Source: a virus (lineage: Duplodnaviria; Caudoviricetes). From it: DNA of 64,000 nt. Within the stretch, counting starts at the first letter, position 1; every line of letters starts with the position of its first letter. This document shows positions 17,862-27,370 of this stretch, piece by piece. The stretch covers positions 1-64,000 of IMG/VR virus record IMGVR_UViG_3300035101_000015; one strand, written 5' to 3'. The notes under the pieces were generated by a model that was not told where the DNA came from, searched no databases, and saw only the letters and a program-made list of their open reading frames with translations. Position numbers and translations under genes: made by a program.

Positions 17862-20800
17862 GGACCCGTACCGGGCTGGTCGCCCTCACCCTTCTTCATG
17901 TGCTCTGCAATCTCAGCGGCGTTCATCATACGTACCTTGAGACCACCCTCTAGGACGGTCTTCATAGAGTCGATAGCGCGGACCGTCGGGTCATTCAACC
18001 TGGCTGCCTCATCATCCCGCTTGATTCGCTTCTCGTCCAGGCCCTTGCGCACAGACTCGGTGTCGAGGTCTCGGAACTCCTTTTCAGCAGCCTTGATGTC
18101 CCCCTTCTTCATCGCTTCCAGGAGCTGCTGCATCTCACCTGCACCCGCCTTACCGGTGATACCGAGCGCCTTCTCGAGAGCTGCAGCCTGCTTCTGGGTA
18201 TCATCGATGGCGTAGATTTGCTTGGCCGTCTCCTCATCCAGCTCGCCACCTAGCATCCCAGCAATGGTCTGTAGACCAGCACCCTTTCTCCTACTCTTCT
18301 TCGCAGCAGCAAGCGCCTCGCGCCGCCCCAGTACTCTCCGAGCGGCACCAGCTCCACCCTGCGCTGCGAACACACCAGCAGCCAGACCGCGCTTGATTGA
18401 AGCGCTGTCCATGTCAGTGAGCTCACCCATCGCCTCATCGAACCTGGTCTGGGCAGTCTCGTGACGCTGGCGGTCCTGGTCACTGACACCAGTCATCTCC
18501 GCACCGGCAGCCACCCCAGCTCGGTACTTACCAACGAACCGCATGGCCCGGTCCAGGTCCTCACCCTTCAATCCAGCCTTCTGTAGCCTGGCTCTCTGGG
18601 CAGCAATGTCCTCCAGGTCCTGTTGTTGCTGACCACCCTTCCCAACTTCGATTCCCAGAGCAGCTCGCTCCTCACGGTACATCGCACCTGCGCGCCTGAA
18701 GTATGCTCTCTGCTTCCTCTTCTGAGCTGTAACCTCGAGGGCACGGACGGTCTTGCCTGACCGCTCCACCTCACTCACCGTCATGTCGAGGTCCTTGGCG
18801 ATGTCCTCCTTGCTGTCCCCTCGAGCCAGCCTACCCGCAGCGACTTGAGCCTTGGAGCCAGCGAGCTGACCTGCCAGTTCATCCGAAATCTCCTCGTCCT
18901 TGTCAGCCTTCGCCTTGACCTGACGCTGAAGTTCCAAGTAGCGACCCTGCATCTGCTCTACGGCGGTATCTCGCTCCTCCTTGTCCCCCATCAGTGCCTT
19001 GCGAGACAGAGCTGCAGTCTGCGGGTCCTCCAGGTAGGCAACAGCAGCCTTCTTGCTGGCAGCAGTGAGGGTCTTCCCGAGACGAGCTTCCTCCTCAGTG
19101 CCGCCCATGAAGGCTTGCTTCATCTGCTCTTGCCGCTCCACCTGCTCCGCACCAACAGGGCCCACCGTACCTGGACCCCCAGTTGGCGCAGTTGCTACAG
19201 CAGCCAGCAGGGAGGCAACCCAACCCTTTCTGGTCACTGCGGTGGGCCTCTTTCCGAATAGGTAGTCTGAAACTGTCTCTCTACGTTCACCAACGGTAGC
19301 GAACTTCTTCTCTCCCAGCAGCCCTAGTTCATCTGGGAGCTCGAACTCGCGACCTGGGTCCTTCACACCAGCAGACGTAGCCACCGCACCGTAGATTCTG
19401 CCCTTCTCTACGATGTCAGCCCTGGCATATCTCTCTGCGAGCCTCTGTCCCTCTGGTCCGCTACGCCGAAGCACCTGCTCGAACTTGTCCAACCTATCTG
19501 TGCCAGACCCCTCCATACCTGAGATGGCGCTGGCCATTCGCTGCTTGAACTTCTCTACGCTGGAGCCTCCCATGTCCTTGAGGTCCATCGCAGCGAACAT
19601 CTCAGTGACATCCTCATGCGTACCAGCCGCTACAGCAGACCGCAGCTTCCTGAAGGTGGAGAGCTGCTGGCCGATGTCCCCGCTCTCATCAAACCGGTAG
19701 CCTGCACGTCCGAAGGCTTTCCTGTTCTGCCTCAACCAGTCGGCTCCACCTACGTTGGCTGCGCCGCCAAACACCTCATTCACTTCCATGTCGGTGGCGA
19801 GCGGCATGCGACCGGCACCACCCATACCGAGACCGAATACCTCACGAGCGGTATCCTCACGCCCGCGCATCACATCACGGATAGCACCACCCAGGTCCCT
19901 ATCGACTGTCCTGACGTAGTCACCAGTCATCTTGTTCAGGGTGCGCTCGATGTGCTCCCTTCCCCACTCAAACAGGTCGGAGCCAGCTTGCTTGAGGGAG
20001 TTGTTCACCTCCTGCCGGGCACTCTCGAACTTTCTCTTGATTCCCTCGATGCCGATGGTACGTCGGTACCTCTCCACTCCTCGAACTACTTCATCCTCGT
20101 CCCTACGGTCCGAGCGCGTCTCTTGAATCCTGTCTATGTCACGGGCCATCTTGACGACAGCGTCCGCTTCATCACGGTCGAAGCCGAACTTCCTCTGGAA
20201 GAACAGCATCTGCCGGTCGCTCATGTCGTAGACGTTCATCCCACGAGAGCGGAGCCAGCCTTGAGCCACTACGGCGCGCCCCATACCACCGAAGGCGGCT
20301 ACTGCCTCACCACGTAGCCTGCCCTCATTGCGGATGAAGTTGGCGCGTCCTACCCGAGCGAGGTGCCCGTAGGCTTCGCGCATGGTCTCACCGGTGCCGA
20401 CCTCGCCACCCATGAAGCGCTGGACCATCTCTTCGTCGAGACGGCCTCCACGCTCAGCCATAGCAGCCAGCACGCGTCTACCGAGCCCACGCTTGAAGAA
20501 GCGGGCCTCACCCTGCAGAAGGTTGGTAGCTAGGGCCTGCCGGCCTGCAGCACCAGTCTGACCGGTAGCGTTGTAGATGTCCTCCTCGGAGAGCACCCCA
20601 GCTTGAACCGCCGCACCGATGTTGGTGACGGCTCGAACACCAGCCACAGCCCCAGCTTGTCCTCTACCACCAATCGCTCTGGAGATTTGGGAGCCGACGT
20701 TGGCCATCTGAGCCAGCTCCGATGTGGCGAGGCCGCCCTCCACAGCACCGGCACGAATCATTCGGGCCATGGCCGTCTGTCGGCCTCCACCGAAGACCCC

Positions 20801-21508
20801 AGCGCCACGCATGGACGCCATGACCTCCTGGGCCTGCTCCAGGGAGGTGGACATCGCCGTAGCCACCTCCTTGACGGTGCGCATCATCTGCTGGAACTTC
20901 TCTTGAAACTCCTTGGCGTTGCGCACGCCCTGGGCCATGCCCATTCGACCCATACTGGAAGCCAGACGCCCGAGCTCATCCATGGTGACGAACTCACCAC
21001 CGGGCCCGCGCTGCTCGGTCATCGTTCGCATCATCTGACCGATGCGATTAACCTCCCCTCCGCTGAAACCACGGGTGCCTTGAGCGTTAGCGAACTGGAA
21101 CGTCTGATTCAACTGCTGGCCGAGCTGCTGCTGCTCCCGCGCACCCTGCCACATCTGGCTGCCCACGTACTGAGCGCCCATCATGCCAGCCAGGGGTAGC
21201 GCTGCAGCTCCAACACCGGCCATGCCCGCACCCAGCATGCCCGCTCCCCGAGCGCCCCAAGCAGCTCGTAGACCGAGCGTCATCGGGTCGACCCCAGCGA
21301 GCATCATCCCACCAGTCATGAGCGGTGCGCCCATTGCACCAGCCACGTTCATGGCCCCGCCCATCAGTTGCTCTGATTGAGCCTGCCTATTCGGAGCAAC
21401 TCCAGCAAATTGGCTGACCATACTGGAGTGCTGAATGGCACCAACCGTCTGCTGATTGAAGGCAGCGGTCTGGGCCGCAATCTGGTCGGAGGTCATTACC
21501 ATGACCAC
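17858..21508 (-). CDS. Tape-measure-like protein
   Basis: 1216 aa, Ala/Gly/Met/Arg-rich and helical, with N-terminal hydrophobic Gly segments; upstream of baseplate genes. Confidence 0.7.
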   Translation of the reverse strand: MVMVMTSDQIAAQTAAFNQQTVGAIQHSSMVSQFAGVAPNRQAQSEQLMGGAMNVAGAMGAPLMTGGMMLAGVDPMTLGLRAAWGARGAGMLGAGMAGVGAAALPLAGMMGAQYVGSQMWQGAREQQQLGQQLNQTFQFANAQGTRGFSGGEVNRIGQMMRTMTEQRGPGGEFVTMDELGRLASSMGRMGMAQGVRNAKEFQEKFQQMMRTVKEVATAMSTSLEQAQEVMASMRGAGVFGGGRQTAMARMIRAGAVEGGLATSELAQMANVGSQISRAIGGRGQAGAVAGVRAVTNIGAAVQAGVLSEEDIYNATGQTGAAGRQALATNLLQGEARFFKRGLGRRVLAAMAERGGRLDEEMVQRFMGGEVGTGETMREAYGHLARVGRANFIRNEGRLRGEAVAAFGGMGRAVVAQGWLRSRGMNVYDMSDRQMLFFQRKFGFDRDEADAVVKMARDIDRIQETRSDRRDEDEVVRGVERYRRTIGIEGIKRKFESARQEVNNSLKQAGSDLFEWGREHIERTLNKMTGDYVRTVDRDLGGAIRDVMRGREDTAREVFGLGMGGAGRMPLATDMEVNEVFGGAANVGGADWLRQNRKAFGRAGYRFDESGDIGQQLSTFRKLRSAVAAGTHEDVTEMFAAMDLKDMGGSSVEKFKQRMASAISGMEGSGTDRLDKFEQVLRRSGPEGQRLAERYARADIVEKGRIYGAVATSAGVKDPGREFELPDELGLLGEKKFATVGERRETVSDYLFGKRPTAVTRKGWVASLLAAVATAPTGGPGTVGPVGAEQVERQEQMKQAFMGGTEEEARLGKTLTAASKKAAVAYLEDPQTAALSRKALMGDKEERDTAVEQMQGRYLELQRQVKAKADKDEEISDELAGQLAGSKAQVAAGRLARGDSKEDIAKDLDMTVSEVERSGKTVRALEVTAQKRKQRAYFRRAGAMYREERAALGIEVGKGGQQQQDLEDIAAQRARLQKAGLKGEDLDRAMRFVGKYRAGVAAGAEMTGVSDQDRQRHETAQTRFDEAMGELTDMDSASIKRGLAAGVFAAQGGAGAARRVLGRREALAAAKKSRRKGAGLQTIAGMLGGELDEETAKQIYAIDDTQKQAAALEKALGITGKAGAGEMQQLLEAMKKGDIKAAEKEFRDLDTESVRKGLDEKRIKRDDEAARLNDPTVRAIDSMKTVLEGGLKVRMMNAAEIAEHMKKGEGDQPGTGP

Positions 21509-21545
21509 CTCACTCTACCACGGTTTGCAAAGGGACAACCCCTCC

Positions 21546-21554
21546 AGAGATAAG
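21546..21554 (+). promoter_or_regulatory. ATAAG-type putative promoter for the structured RNA
   Basis: AGAGATAAG ends 6 nt before the first base of the RNA terminal stem. Confidence 0.5.
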
Positions 21555-21560
21555 AAGAGT

Positions 21561-21703
21561 GGAGGGAGGCACGACCTCCTCACAGCCTGAAACCGCACAG
21601 GCTCACGCAACCCCCGGCGTGGGCTGGCGGGGGTAAGCCCCCGCACCATGCGTTCTCCTTTCTCCATGAGCGGGAGCAGGCTGCGGCTCTCTTGCCTCCC
21701 TCC
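21561..21703 (+). ncRNA. Putative structured small RNA or regulatory leader with an anti-SD loop
   Basis: 11-bp terminal stem GGAGGGAGGCA/TGCCTCCCTCC, nested 7-bp and 4-bp helices, two hairpins, loop GTTCTCCTTTC; no convincing ORF. Confidence 0.6.
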
Positions 21704-21729
21704 TTACCCCTCATTCGCAACGCCGTTTC

Positions 21730-21738
21730 GGGGATAAG
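21730..21738 (+). promoter_or_regulatory. GGnATAAG-type putative promoter (GGGGATAAG)
   Basis: Directly upstream of RBS GAAAGGAGA and ATG 21760. Confidence 0.55.
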
Positions 21739-21759
21739 AAGAACGGAAAGGAGAACTAC

Positions 21760-22008
21760 ATGTTCGACCCAGTAACGGTATTCATCGTCGCGACAGTCAT
21801 GGTGACGGCTGCCGACAAGTACACCGAGGCAGAAGCCCGTCGCAAGCGGGTGCAGAGACTGCGGGGGAAGAAGGGCAAGGCCAAGGTCATCACCGTCCCC
21901 ATGGAAGTGGGCGATGCAAGGCAGGCCAAGAGGTTCGAGAACTCCGAGGGCTACCGTGACTTCAAAGACATGGTCAAGAGAGGGAGGTACATCAGAGATG
22001 GCGCCTAG
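21760..22008 (+). CDS. Small protein with N-terminal hydrophobic helix and basic tail
   Basis: Strong RBS; MFDPVTVFIVATVMVTAA. Confidence 0.7.
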   Translation: MFDPVTVFIVATVMVTAADKYTEAEARRKRVQRLRGKKGKAKVITVPMEVGDARQAKRFENSEGYRDFKDMVKRGRYIRDGA

Positions 22009-22450
22009 GAGCAGGGAGAGCAGGCCGCTGACACATCGGCCTTTCTCCATCCTGAGAAGCGAAGCGGACCAGGAGCTCGAGGAGATGGGCTACGCACCAT
22101 CTCCTTCTACCCCCAAGCAAAAGCAGAAGGGCTCAGGGGATAAGAAGAATGGTAAGCGGAGAACCGCAAACCGTACTTCCAAGAAGAGCAAGGAGAATGC
22201 CGTGGCAGCAACAACTTCCCGTGCATCGTCAGCCAAGAAGAAGGCAACCAGTCGCAAGGTCACCCGAGCTGGTGGCAAAGAGAAGTCCACCCTCAGCGAC
22301 CTCGGTGAGAGCGCGCTCGAGGTGGCGGCCGAGGACATCGCCAGACCGATGATTCGCGGCGCAGCTACTGGCTTCGGGGTCGCCGGCGGCGTCATCATCG
22401 CAGGCAACCTCGCCTCGAAGACAGGGATGAAGGTCCCCCTCTTCAGCTAG
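21998..22450 (+). CDS. Lys-rich protein with C-terminal glycine-zipper/TM segment
   Basis: Start MAPRSR behind GGAGG; GAATGFGVAGGVIIAG. Confidence 0.65.
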   Translation: MAPRSRESRPLTHRPFSILRSEADQELEEMGYAPSPSTPKQKQKGSGDKKNGKRRTANRTSKKSKENAVAATTSRASSAKKKATSRKVTRAGGKEKSTLSDLGESALEVAAEDIARPMIRGAATGFGVAGGVIIAGNLASKTGMKVPLFS

Positions 22451-22504
22451 CGAAGCGCAGCTACAACAACCACAACGGAGCCACCCCCTGCCGGCAAAGT
22501 GTGG

Positions 22505-22535
22505 CCCCGGCGCCCCCTGACAAGGGGCGCCGGGG
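22505..22535 (+). terminator. Perfect 12-bp GC hairpin, probable terminator or processing stem
   Basis: CCCCGGCGCCCC-CTGACAA-GGGGCGCCGGGG after a two-gene operon; no immediate U tract. Confidence 0.5.
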
Positions 22536-22655
22536 GTACATGATTCCCCTCTTTCTAGCCCCAGAGTGAGACTTCTTCATTGAATCGACGTGCTTTATGT
22601 TGTTTTCCCCTTGTCAAGTACAACCTGGGGATTCATCCTTACATGTAGGCAACCA

Positions 22656-22943
22656 ATGAACCTCCACCCCGTACCAATTGGTGTACCCGTGACTTTCGAG
22701 AATGTAGCTACCAGCCTTGAGGCTGTACGCTCACTGCTCGAGCGCGAGGGCTACACCGAGGAAGCTCGTGTCCTTCGCGGACTCGAAGTACTGAGTCCGT
22801 CGGGGGCACAGGTTGCACTCGACGCCCTGCGCTCCATCACCGTACGGTCCCCGGACTGTGCGGATGCTATCGCCTACGCGATGGCTGCTCTGCGTCAGGC
22901 GTCAGGCCGTCCGTCGTTCACTCCGCCGGCTCGGGCCGCATAA
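22656..22943 (+). CDS. Hypothetical protein
   Basis: Likely start MNLHPVP after an AT-richer intergenic stretch. Confidence 0.55.
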   Translation: MNLHPVPIGVPVTFENVATSLEAVRSLLEREGYTEEARVLRGLEVLSPSGAQVALDALRSITVRSPDCADAIAYAMAALRQASGRPSFTPPARAA

Positions 22944-22960
22944 AAGACGCCTCCTTTCGC

Positions 22961-22968
22961 GGGATAAG
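22961..22968 (+). promoter_or_regulatory. GGnATAAG-type putative promoter (GGGATAAG)
   Basis: Intergenic, upstream of RBS GAAAGGAGA and ATG 23014. Confidence 0.55.
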
Positions 22969-23013
22969 AACCTTGCGGAGGCCGGCTTTGCCTCCGTCGC
23001 GAAAGGAGACGAG

Positions 23014-23712
23014 ATGCGGCTATTCAGAGTCGAACGAGAGTGGTCTACGGGTGATGACGGGGCCCAAGAGGTTCCCGAGACGGACCGGTACATGCTGGTA
23101 CAACGGGGGTCTGAGGGCCCCGGCATCTACTTTGGCCACGACGAGGAGGGTGCAGACCTGGCTCTTCCAGTAGGGAAGGACCTGGCCAAGCCCTTCGAGG
23201 ACAACGAGGAGCTCCAGTCGCTGCCCCTGAAGGCAGCCCGACTGGGAACGGAACCGTACCGCCTGCTCGTGCCGACCAGGGACGAGCTCGGCAAGCTCGA
23301 GCGCGGCAGCTACTACGGGGACTGTCTGGTCCACGTGAGCCTACCACGTCACGAGAACTGCAACGTCACCTTCATGGCGAGCACCTACAAGGAGCACGTC
23401 ATGCAGTACAAGACGTACCGCAGGGTCGAGCGCGAGTACGAGTCCATCGAGGAGGCCGTTGGCGTTCAGCTCGTCTTCATCAGTGAGGACAAGCACGAGG
23501 CCATCTTCTCGCTCCATCCAGGGGCGAGCTTTCGCATCTGCCGGGATGAGGCGACGGTGCCAAAGGGCGAGAGCCCTGTGCTGGTGTTTGCCTTCGACGG
23601 TCGGACGGGGAACTGCTTCCGACCAAAGAAGTTCAAGCCCAGGTCGCGCAAGCGCCCAAATCGGCGGAAGAAGAAAGAGGAGGTCGTGTCAGCCGCCTAC
23701 GGCGCATCCTGA
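23014..23712 (+). CDS. Hypothetical protein
   Basis: Start MRLFRVE with GAAAGGAG RBS; 232 aa. Confidence 0.7.
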   Translation: MRLFRVEREWSTGDDGAQEVPETDRYMLVQRGSEGPGIYFGHDEEGADLALPVGKDLAKPFEDNEELQSLPLKAARLGTEPYRLLVPTRDELGKLERGSYYGDCLVHVSLPRHENCNVTFMASTYKEHVMQYKTYRRVEREYESIEEAVGVQLVFISEDKHEAIFSLHPGASFRICRDEATVPKGESPVLVFAFDGRTGNCFRPKKFKPRSRKRPNRRKKKEEVVSAAYGAS

Positions 23713-24041
23713 CGGTGCGTCGAAGGAGGTTTGACCTGCTCAACCGGCTGGGGATGGGGAGCTTCGGCTCCCCTACCCTTCTTGTCCTTCTTCTTAGCCC
23801 CACGTTTGGGCGAGTTCTTCTTGAGGTCCTTGGCCACGCTCTGGACGTAGTTCTCCACGGTCTTCTCACAAGACTCGCATAGGGTGTCGTACTTCACCTC
23901 GACGATGGCAGTACCATCCGGTCCCTCCAGCCTGAGCTCGAGCTTCTTGGTCTCGGGCGCATCCTTCCCGTCCTCGACCTCGGGGAACCACGTCCGACCG
24001 CACCGGTCGCACTCGTACTTGTAGACAGACTGCCTAGGCAT
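23697..24041 (-). CDS. Small Zn-binding protein with basic tail
   Basis: CDRC...CESC. Confidence 0.65.
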   Translation of the reverse strand: MPRQSVYKYECDRCGRTWFPEVEDGKDAPETKKLELRLEGPDGTAIVEVKYDTLCESCEKTVENYVQSVAKDLKKNSPKRGAKKKDKKGRGAEAPHPQPVEQVKPPSTHRQDAP

Positions 24042-24318
24042 TCTCTGCTTGCTCCTGATGAAGGCCAAGTTTCCAGGCGAGGTAGGTCTTGATAATCGCC
24101 CTCTCCGGGCGCGCGAGTGGGTCACCTGTATGACCCTCCATGAATGACCCGAAGGCTTCGAGGTCCCGGTTCACGACGCCCTCCACCAGCTCTCGGGCGT
24201 CTGCTTCCCCCTCCCATTTCTTCAGCTCCCCGAAGTCGACCCAGTCCTCGTCGTCCTTCATCAGAATCAGGACGACGGGGTTCATCTTCGCGTACTTCGT
24301 CCTCGTTTCCTCGTCCAT
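24034..24318 (-). CDS. Hypothetical protein
   Basis: 94 aa, coupled to the downstream ORF. Confidence 0.6.
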   Translation of the reverse strand: MDEETRTKYAKMNPVVLILMKDDEDWVDFGELKKWEGEADARELVEGVVNRDLEAFGSFMEGHTGDPLARPERAIIKTYLAWKLGLHQEQAENA

Positions 24319-24364
24319 GAACTCTGGTGTACTTCATCCCGGATGAATTTGCTACCCTCGTAGC

Positions 24365-24763
24365 ATGTTCTTCTATGAGCTCAAGAGGCCCTCCCGAGGG
24401 ATGATGGAGGAAGTGGAGGAGCTGGAGTGCCTGCTGTTCGACAACGCCTTCAACGCTACCTCCCTGCTGAACGAGCTCGACACCGGGGCGCGCTGCTGGG
24501 TGATGGGGTCTGAGCGCATCGAAGGGTACATCCTCTTCCGCGTAGTGCGTGGCCTCTGTGACATCCTGAGGGTGGGCACCCATCCCAGCTACCAGAGGAG
24601 GGGCACGGCCACGAAGTTGATGCGCGTGGCCATGGGGGAGGCGCCCCGGTCCATGCTCACCGTACGCAAGACGAACCAGGGCGCCATTCGACTGTACCGG
24701 AAGCTCGGGTTCGAGGTTGTAGGAGACCTCGAGTCGAGCTGGGTGATGGCTACATCCGAGTAG
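24365..24763 (+). CDS. GNAT acetyltransferase, RimI-like
   Basis: ILRVGTHPSYQRRGTATKLM (acetyl-CoA motif A), LTVRKTNQGAIRLYRKLGF. Confidence 0.88.
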   Translation: MFFYELKRPSRGMMEEVEELECLLFDNAFNATSLLNELDTGARCWVMGSERIEGYILFRVVRGLCDILRVGTHPSYQRRGTATKLMRVAMGEAPRSMLTVRKTNQGAIRLYRKLGFEVVGDLESSWVMATSE

Positions 24764-24950
24764 CTGTGAACTGACGACCGCAGCTACCACACTGGATGAC
24801 TGGCTTGCCTGAGTGGTTGCGCACGGGGCCAGCCATGTTGTGGCAGTACGGGCACCGCATCTGACGCATGCCCCTCACGGCGCTGCTCTTCACGATGATG
24901 GTGCCATCAGGCGTTTGCTTCACTGCTCTCGGCGTGTGCAGTCCCTTCAT
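24750..24950 (-). CDS. Small Zn-ribbon protein
   Basis: CPYC...CGSC. Confidence 0.6.
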   Translation of the reverse strand: MKGLHTPRAVKQTPDGTIIVKSSAVRGMRQMRCPYCHNMAGPVRNHSGKPVIQCGSCGRQFTATRM

Positions 24951-25494
24951 TGGTCTCCTCTTCCTGAGTCTCTTCCTCGGGCTCGACGTCTCCGCCGAAC
25001 TCTATCACCTCGTCCCCCGGCTCCCGCTCGACCACTGGCTCTTCAGGCTCATGGTTGCGCTTGGCCTTCTCCTCTTCGACGGCCCTCATCTGCCGGTTGA
25101 TTTCCTCATTGGCATCCTTCCAGTAGGACTCCCAGTCGATGCCGGTCTGCTTCACGTAGACAGTGCGCTCCTCAGCGACCGTCTCGAACGAGCCGTCGAA
25201 CGGCTCGTCCCGTACTTCTTGGTGCATCCGCACTCGTCCCAGCGCCATGTCACTCAGGACCTGCTTGAAGCACTCGAGCCAGATGTCGTTCCGGTAGAAC
25301 CCCTCTTGGGTCACCTGGTTGTTGTGCTTGTGAATCCTGAGCAGACCCTGGAACTGCTGGTTGACCTGAGCGAATGCCTTACGGACTTCGCTTGCGCTTG
25401 CGAGGTCGTCGCCCTTTGCTTCGGCCTTGCGCTTGGCTCGGTTCACCGCCGTCTTGGTCGCTCTCTTCTGCTTTCGCGCTACTGAGGACGCCAT
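24907..25494 (-). CDS. Hypothetical protein
   Basis: 195 aa, basic N-terminus and acidic C-terminus; AGGAGG RBS. Confidence 0.65.
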   Translation of the reverse strand: MASSVARKQKRATKTAVNRAKRKAEAKGDDLASASEVRKAFAQVNQQFQGLLRIHKHNNQVTQEGFYRNDIWLECFKQVLSDMALGRVRMHQEVRDEPFDGSFETVAEERTVYVKQTGIDWESYWKDANEEINRQMRAVEEEKAKRNHEPEEPVVEREPGDEVIEFGGDVEPEEETQEEETNEGTAHAESSEANA

Positions 25495-25759
25495 GTGCCT
25501 CCTGTGCCTTTCCGAATGAGAACTTGGCGAGCTCGAGCCGAAGGTGTTCCGACTCTTGCTCTAGTTCCTCCACCACGAGTTGAATCTCGTCCTCCGGGAC
25601 GACGGAGTCTTCCCGGAAGACTTCCTCACAGATGACCTCGACCTTCGGGTCTCCCCCGCTCAATGCCATGCAGTCCTCTCGAAGATGCTCGAGTAGGTGA
25701 ACTACAACAGCTCGCCGGTGGGCGAGGTGGGCATAGACGGGGTTGGTTCGGGTGGACAT
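25379..25759 (-). CDS. Hypothetical protein
   Basis: 126 aa; tail overlaps the next ORF. Confidence 0.55.
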   Translation of the reverse strand: MSTRTNPVYAHLAHRRAVVVHLLEHLREDCMALSGGDPKVEVICEEVFREDSVVPEDEIQLVVEELEQESEHLRLELAKFSFGKAQEAHGVLSSAKAEESDQDGGEPSQAQGRSKGRRPRKRKRSP

Positions 25760-25762
25760 GCT

Positions 25763-26434
25763 TCATGCCTTCAGGAAGGCCAGGATTCGACCATGTAGGT
25801 CAGCCCCGGCACTGGTGTCTTTGATGATGTTCTTCAGAGGGTAAATGATACACGGCCTTTGCTCGAAGCTCCTAGCCTTGTTCAACAAGTCACCCTTGAG
25901 ACCCCGTTCTTCTTCCTGACGTTGAGCATCCCGAACGCTCATGCGAGCGTACTTGATACGAATGTCGGCCCGCATCTCCAACCGCTTGAACCAGTCGAAC
26001 AGCACGTCCGCCCACTTCTGGATGGGCAGACGGTAGAAGATTTCACCGCAGAGCTGCGCAGGCTTCCACAGGTGCCCGCAGTGGGGACAGGCCACGAACT
26101 GCAGGCCGTTGGCACTGTCGGGAATGAACCTCTTACAGCCTCTGCCTTCCAGCTCGGGGAACTCCCCGGAGTTGTCACACAGGTAGAGCTTTGCATCCCC
26201 ACCACCATGTAGCTTGGTGCCACTCTCCCACCAGGTCACCGTGCCTGGCGTAGGAGACCGTCCGGTGTGCCGGTGGCTGAACATGACCTCGAGCTTGTAC
26301 TTGGCGAGGTTCTTCTCCTCGAGCAGCTTGTCGAGGCCCTCCTGCCTCTGTCTGACCGCCTCCTGCTCCTCATCGGAGAGGGCAAGGTCTGGAGCCTGCA
26401 GCAGCTCAGCGGGGACTGGTTGGACTGCCATCAT
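25763..26434 (-). CDS. Hypothetical Zn-binding protein
   Basis: C...C...CPHC. Confidence 0.65.
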   Translation of the reverse strand: MMAVQPVPAELLQAPDLALSDEEQEAVRQRQEGLDKLLEEKNLAKYKLEVMFSHRHTGRSPTPGTVTWWESGTKLHGGGDAKLYLCDNSGEFPELEGRGCKRFIPDSANGLQFVACPHCGHLWKPAQLCGEIFYRLPIQKWADVLFDWFKRLEMRADIRIKYARMSVRDAQRQEEERGLKGDLLNKARSFEQRPCIIYPLKNIIKDTSAGADLHGRILAFLKA

Positions 26435-26880
26435 CTACCTCGTGCTGCGATGCTCTGGATGAGCAGCGGTGGTGTACCCGCTGCGGATGCTCCCTTCCCC
26501 TTGGCGTTCATGGTGCGCCGCTGACCCTTCACACCGGGCAGCCGCTGCTCGGTCACCTCGAACCTGGCACGTGGAGCTGCGTTGATGGACGTGATGATGT
26601 CGCCAACCTGACTGCCGATGTCCTCGTGCTGGAAGATGAGACGCCATCCCCAGACCATCTGCTCACCCCGCAAGAAGTACTGACGGGACAGGTCGAAGTT
26701 CCAGGTCGAGGCCATGCTCTTGAGGAGCAGGTGCCTCATACCAACGACCCAGTTCCGGCTGTACTCCGGCGGCACCTTCCCGAGAAACCGAATCTGGTTC
26801 GGCCGCACGTCGTGGGTACGCATCTCGTACCCGAACCTGGAGTGCAGTGCGTTCAACAGGGCCTGGGCTTGCTCAGTCAT
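26431..26880 (-). CDS. Hypothetical protein
   Basis: Start MTEQAQ; coupled overlaps at both ends. Confidence 0.6.
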   Translation of the reverse strand: MTEQAQALLNALHSRFGYEMRTHDVRPNQIRFLGKVPPEYSRNWVVGMRHLLLKSMASTWNFDLSRQYFLRGEQMVWGWRLIFQHEDIGSQVGDIITSINAAPRARFEVTEQRLPGVKGQRRTMNAKGKGASAAGTPPLLIQSIAARGR

Positions 26881-27370
26881 CGTCTTTCTCCAGCAGCGGG
26901 ATGCACACCGCGAAAGCCTTCTTGTTGCCGAAGAACAGCTCCCGCACATCGATGAAGCGCACGTCGTACTCGGTGCCGTCCAGGTCCTTCCACTTCAGGT
27001 GGGTTTCACCGTTGACCAGAATGTCAGGCGTCTCCTCGTCAGTCCACGGGATGGCGTACTCACCGAGCTGCGTCAGGCAGAAGCTGATGTTGACGGTGGT
27101 GTGCCTCTTGCCTTCCTTCAGGATGAGCCGGCCCTGTCGCTGGTGCTTCTTGTCCAGGTACCTGGTGAGTAGGTCCAGGTCGGTCTGGTCGATGCGCACC
27201 TGGTCCTCACTCTCAAGGGCCGTGCGGATGTGCTCGACCACGGCCTCGGGGCTGCGCAGGATGCGCTCATCTGGAACGGCGGTGATGTGGATACCCCACC
27301 GGGCCATCTCATTCAGGGCTTCATCCGGGACCAACCCGGCCTCTACCACAGCTTCAACTACTGGTTTCAT
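26873..27370 (-). CDS. Hypothetical protein
   Basis: 165 aa, coupled. Confidence 0.65.
   Translation of the reverse strand: MKPVVEAVVEAGLVPDEALNEMARWGIHITAVPDERILRSPEAVVEHIRTALESEDQVRIDQTDLDLLTRYLDKKHQRQGRLILKEGKRHTTVNISFCLTQLGEYAIPWTDEETPDILVNGETHLKWKDLDGTEYDVRFIDVRELFFGNKKAFAVCIPLLEKDDD

Noticed and set aside
21561-21703. tRNA, 6S or SRP identity for the structured RNA
   Set aside because: No T-loop/D-loop/CCA pattern, no SRP GGAA domain, and a branched rather than 6S-like rod fold; left unassigned.
22136-22146. GGGGATAAG inside ORF 21998-22450 (other ATAAG copies at 41821 and 28366)
   Set aside because: Within coding sequence (Gly-Asp-Lys codons) and not positioned before a start.
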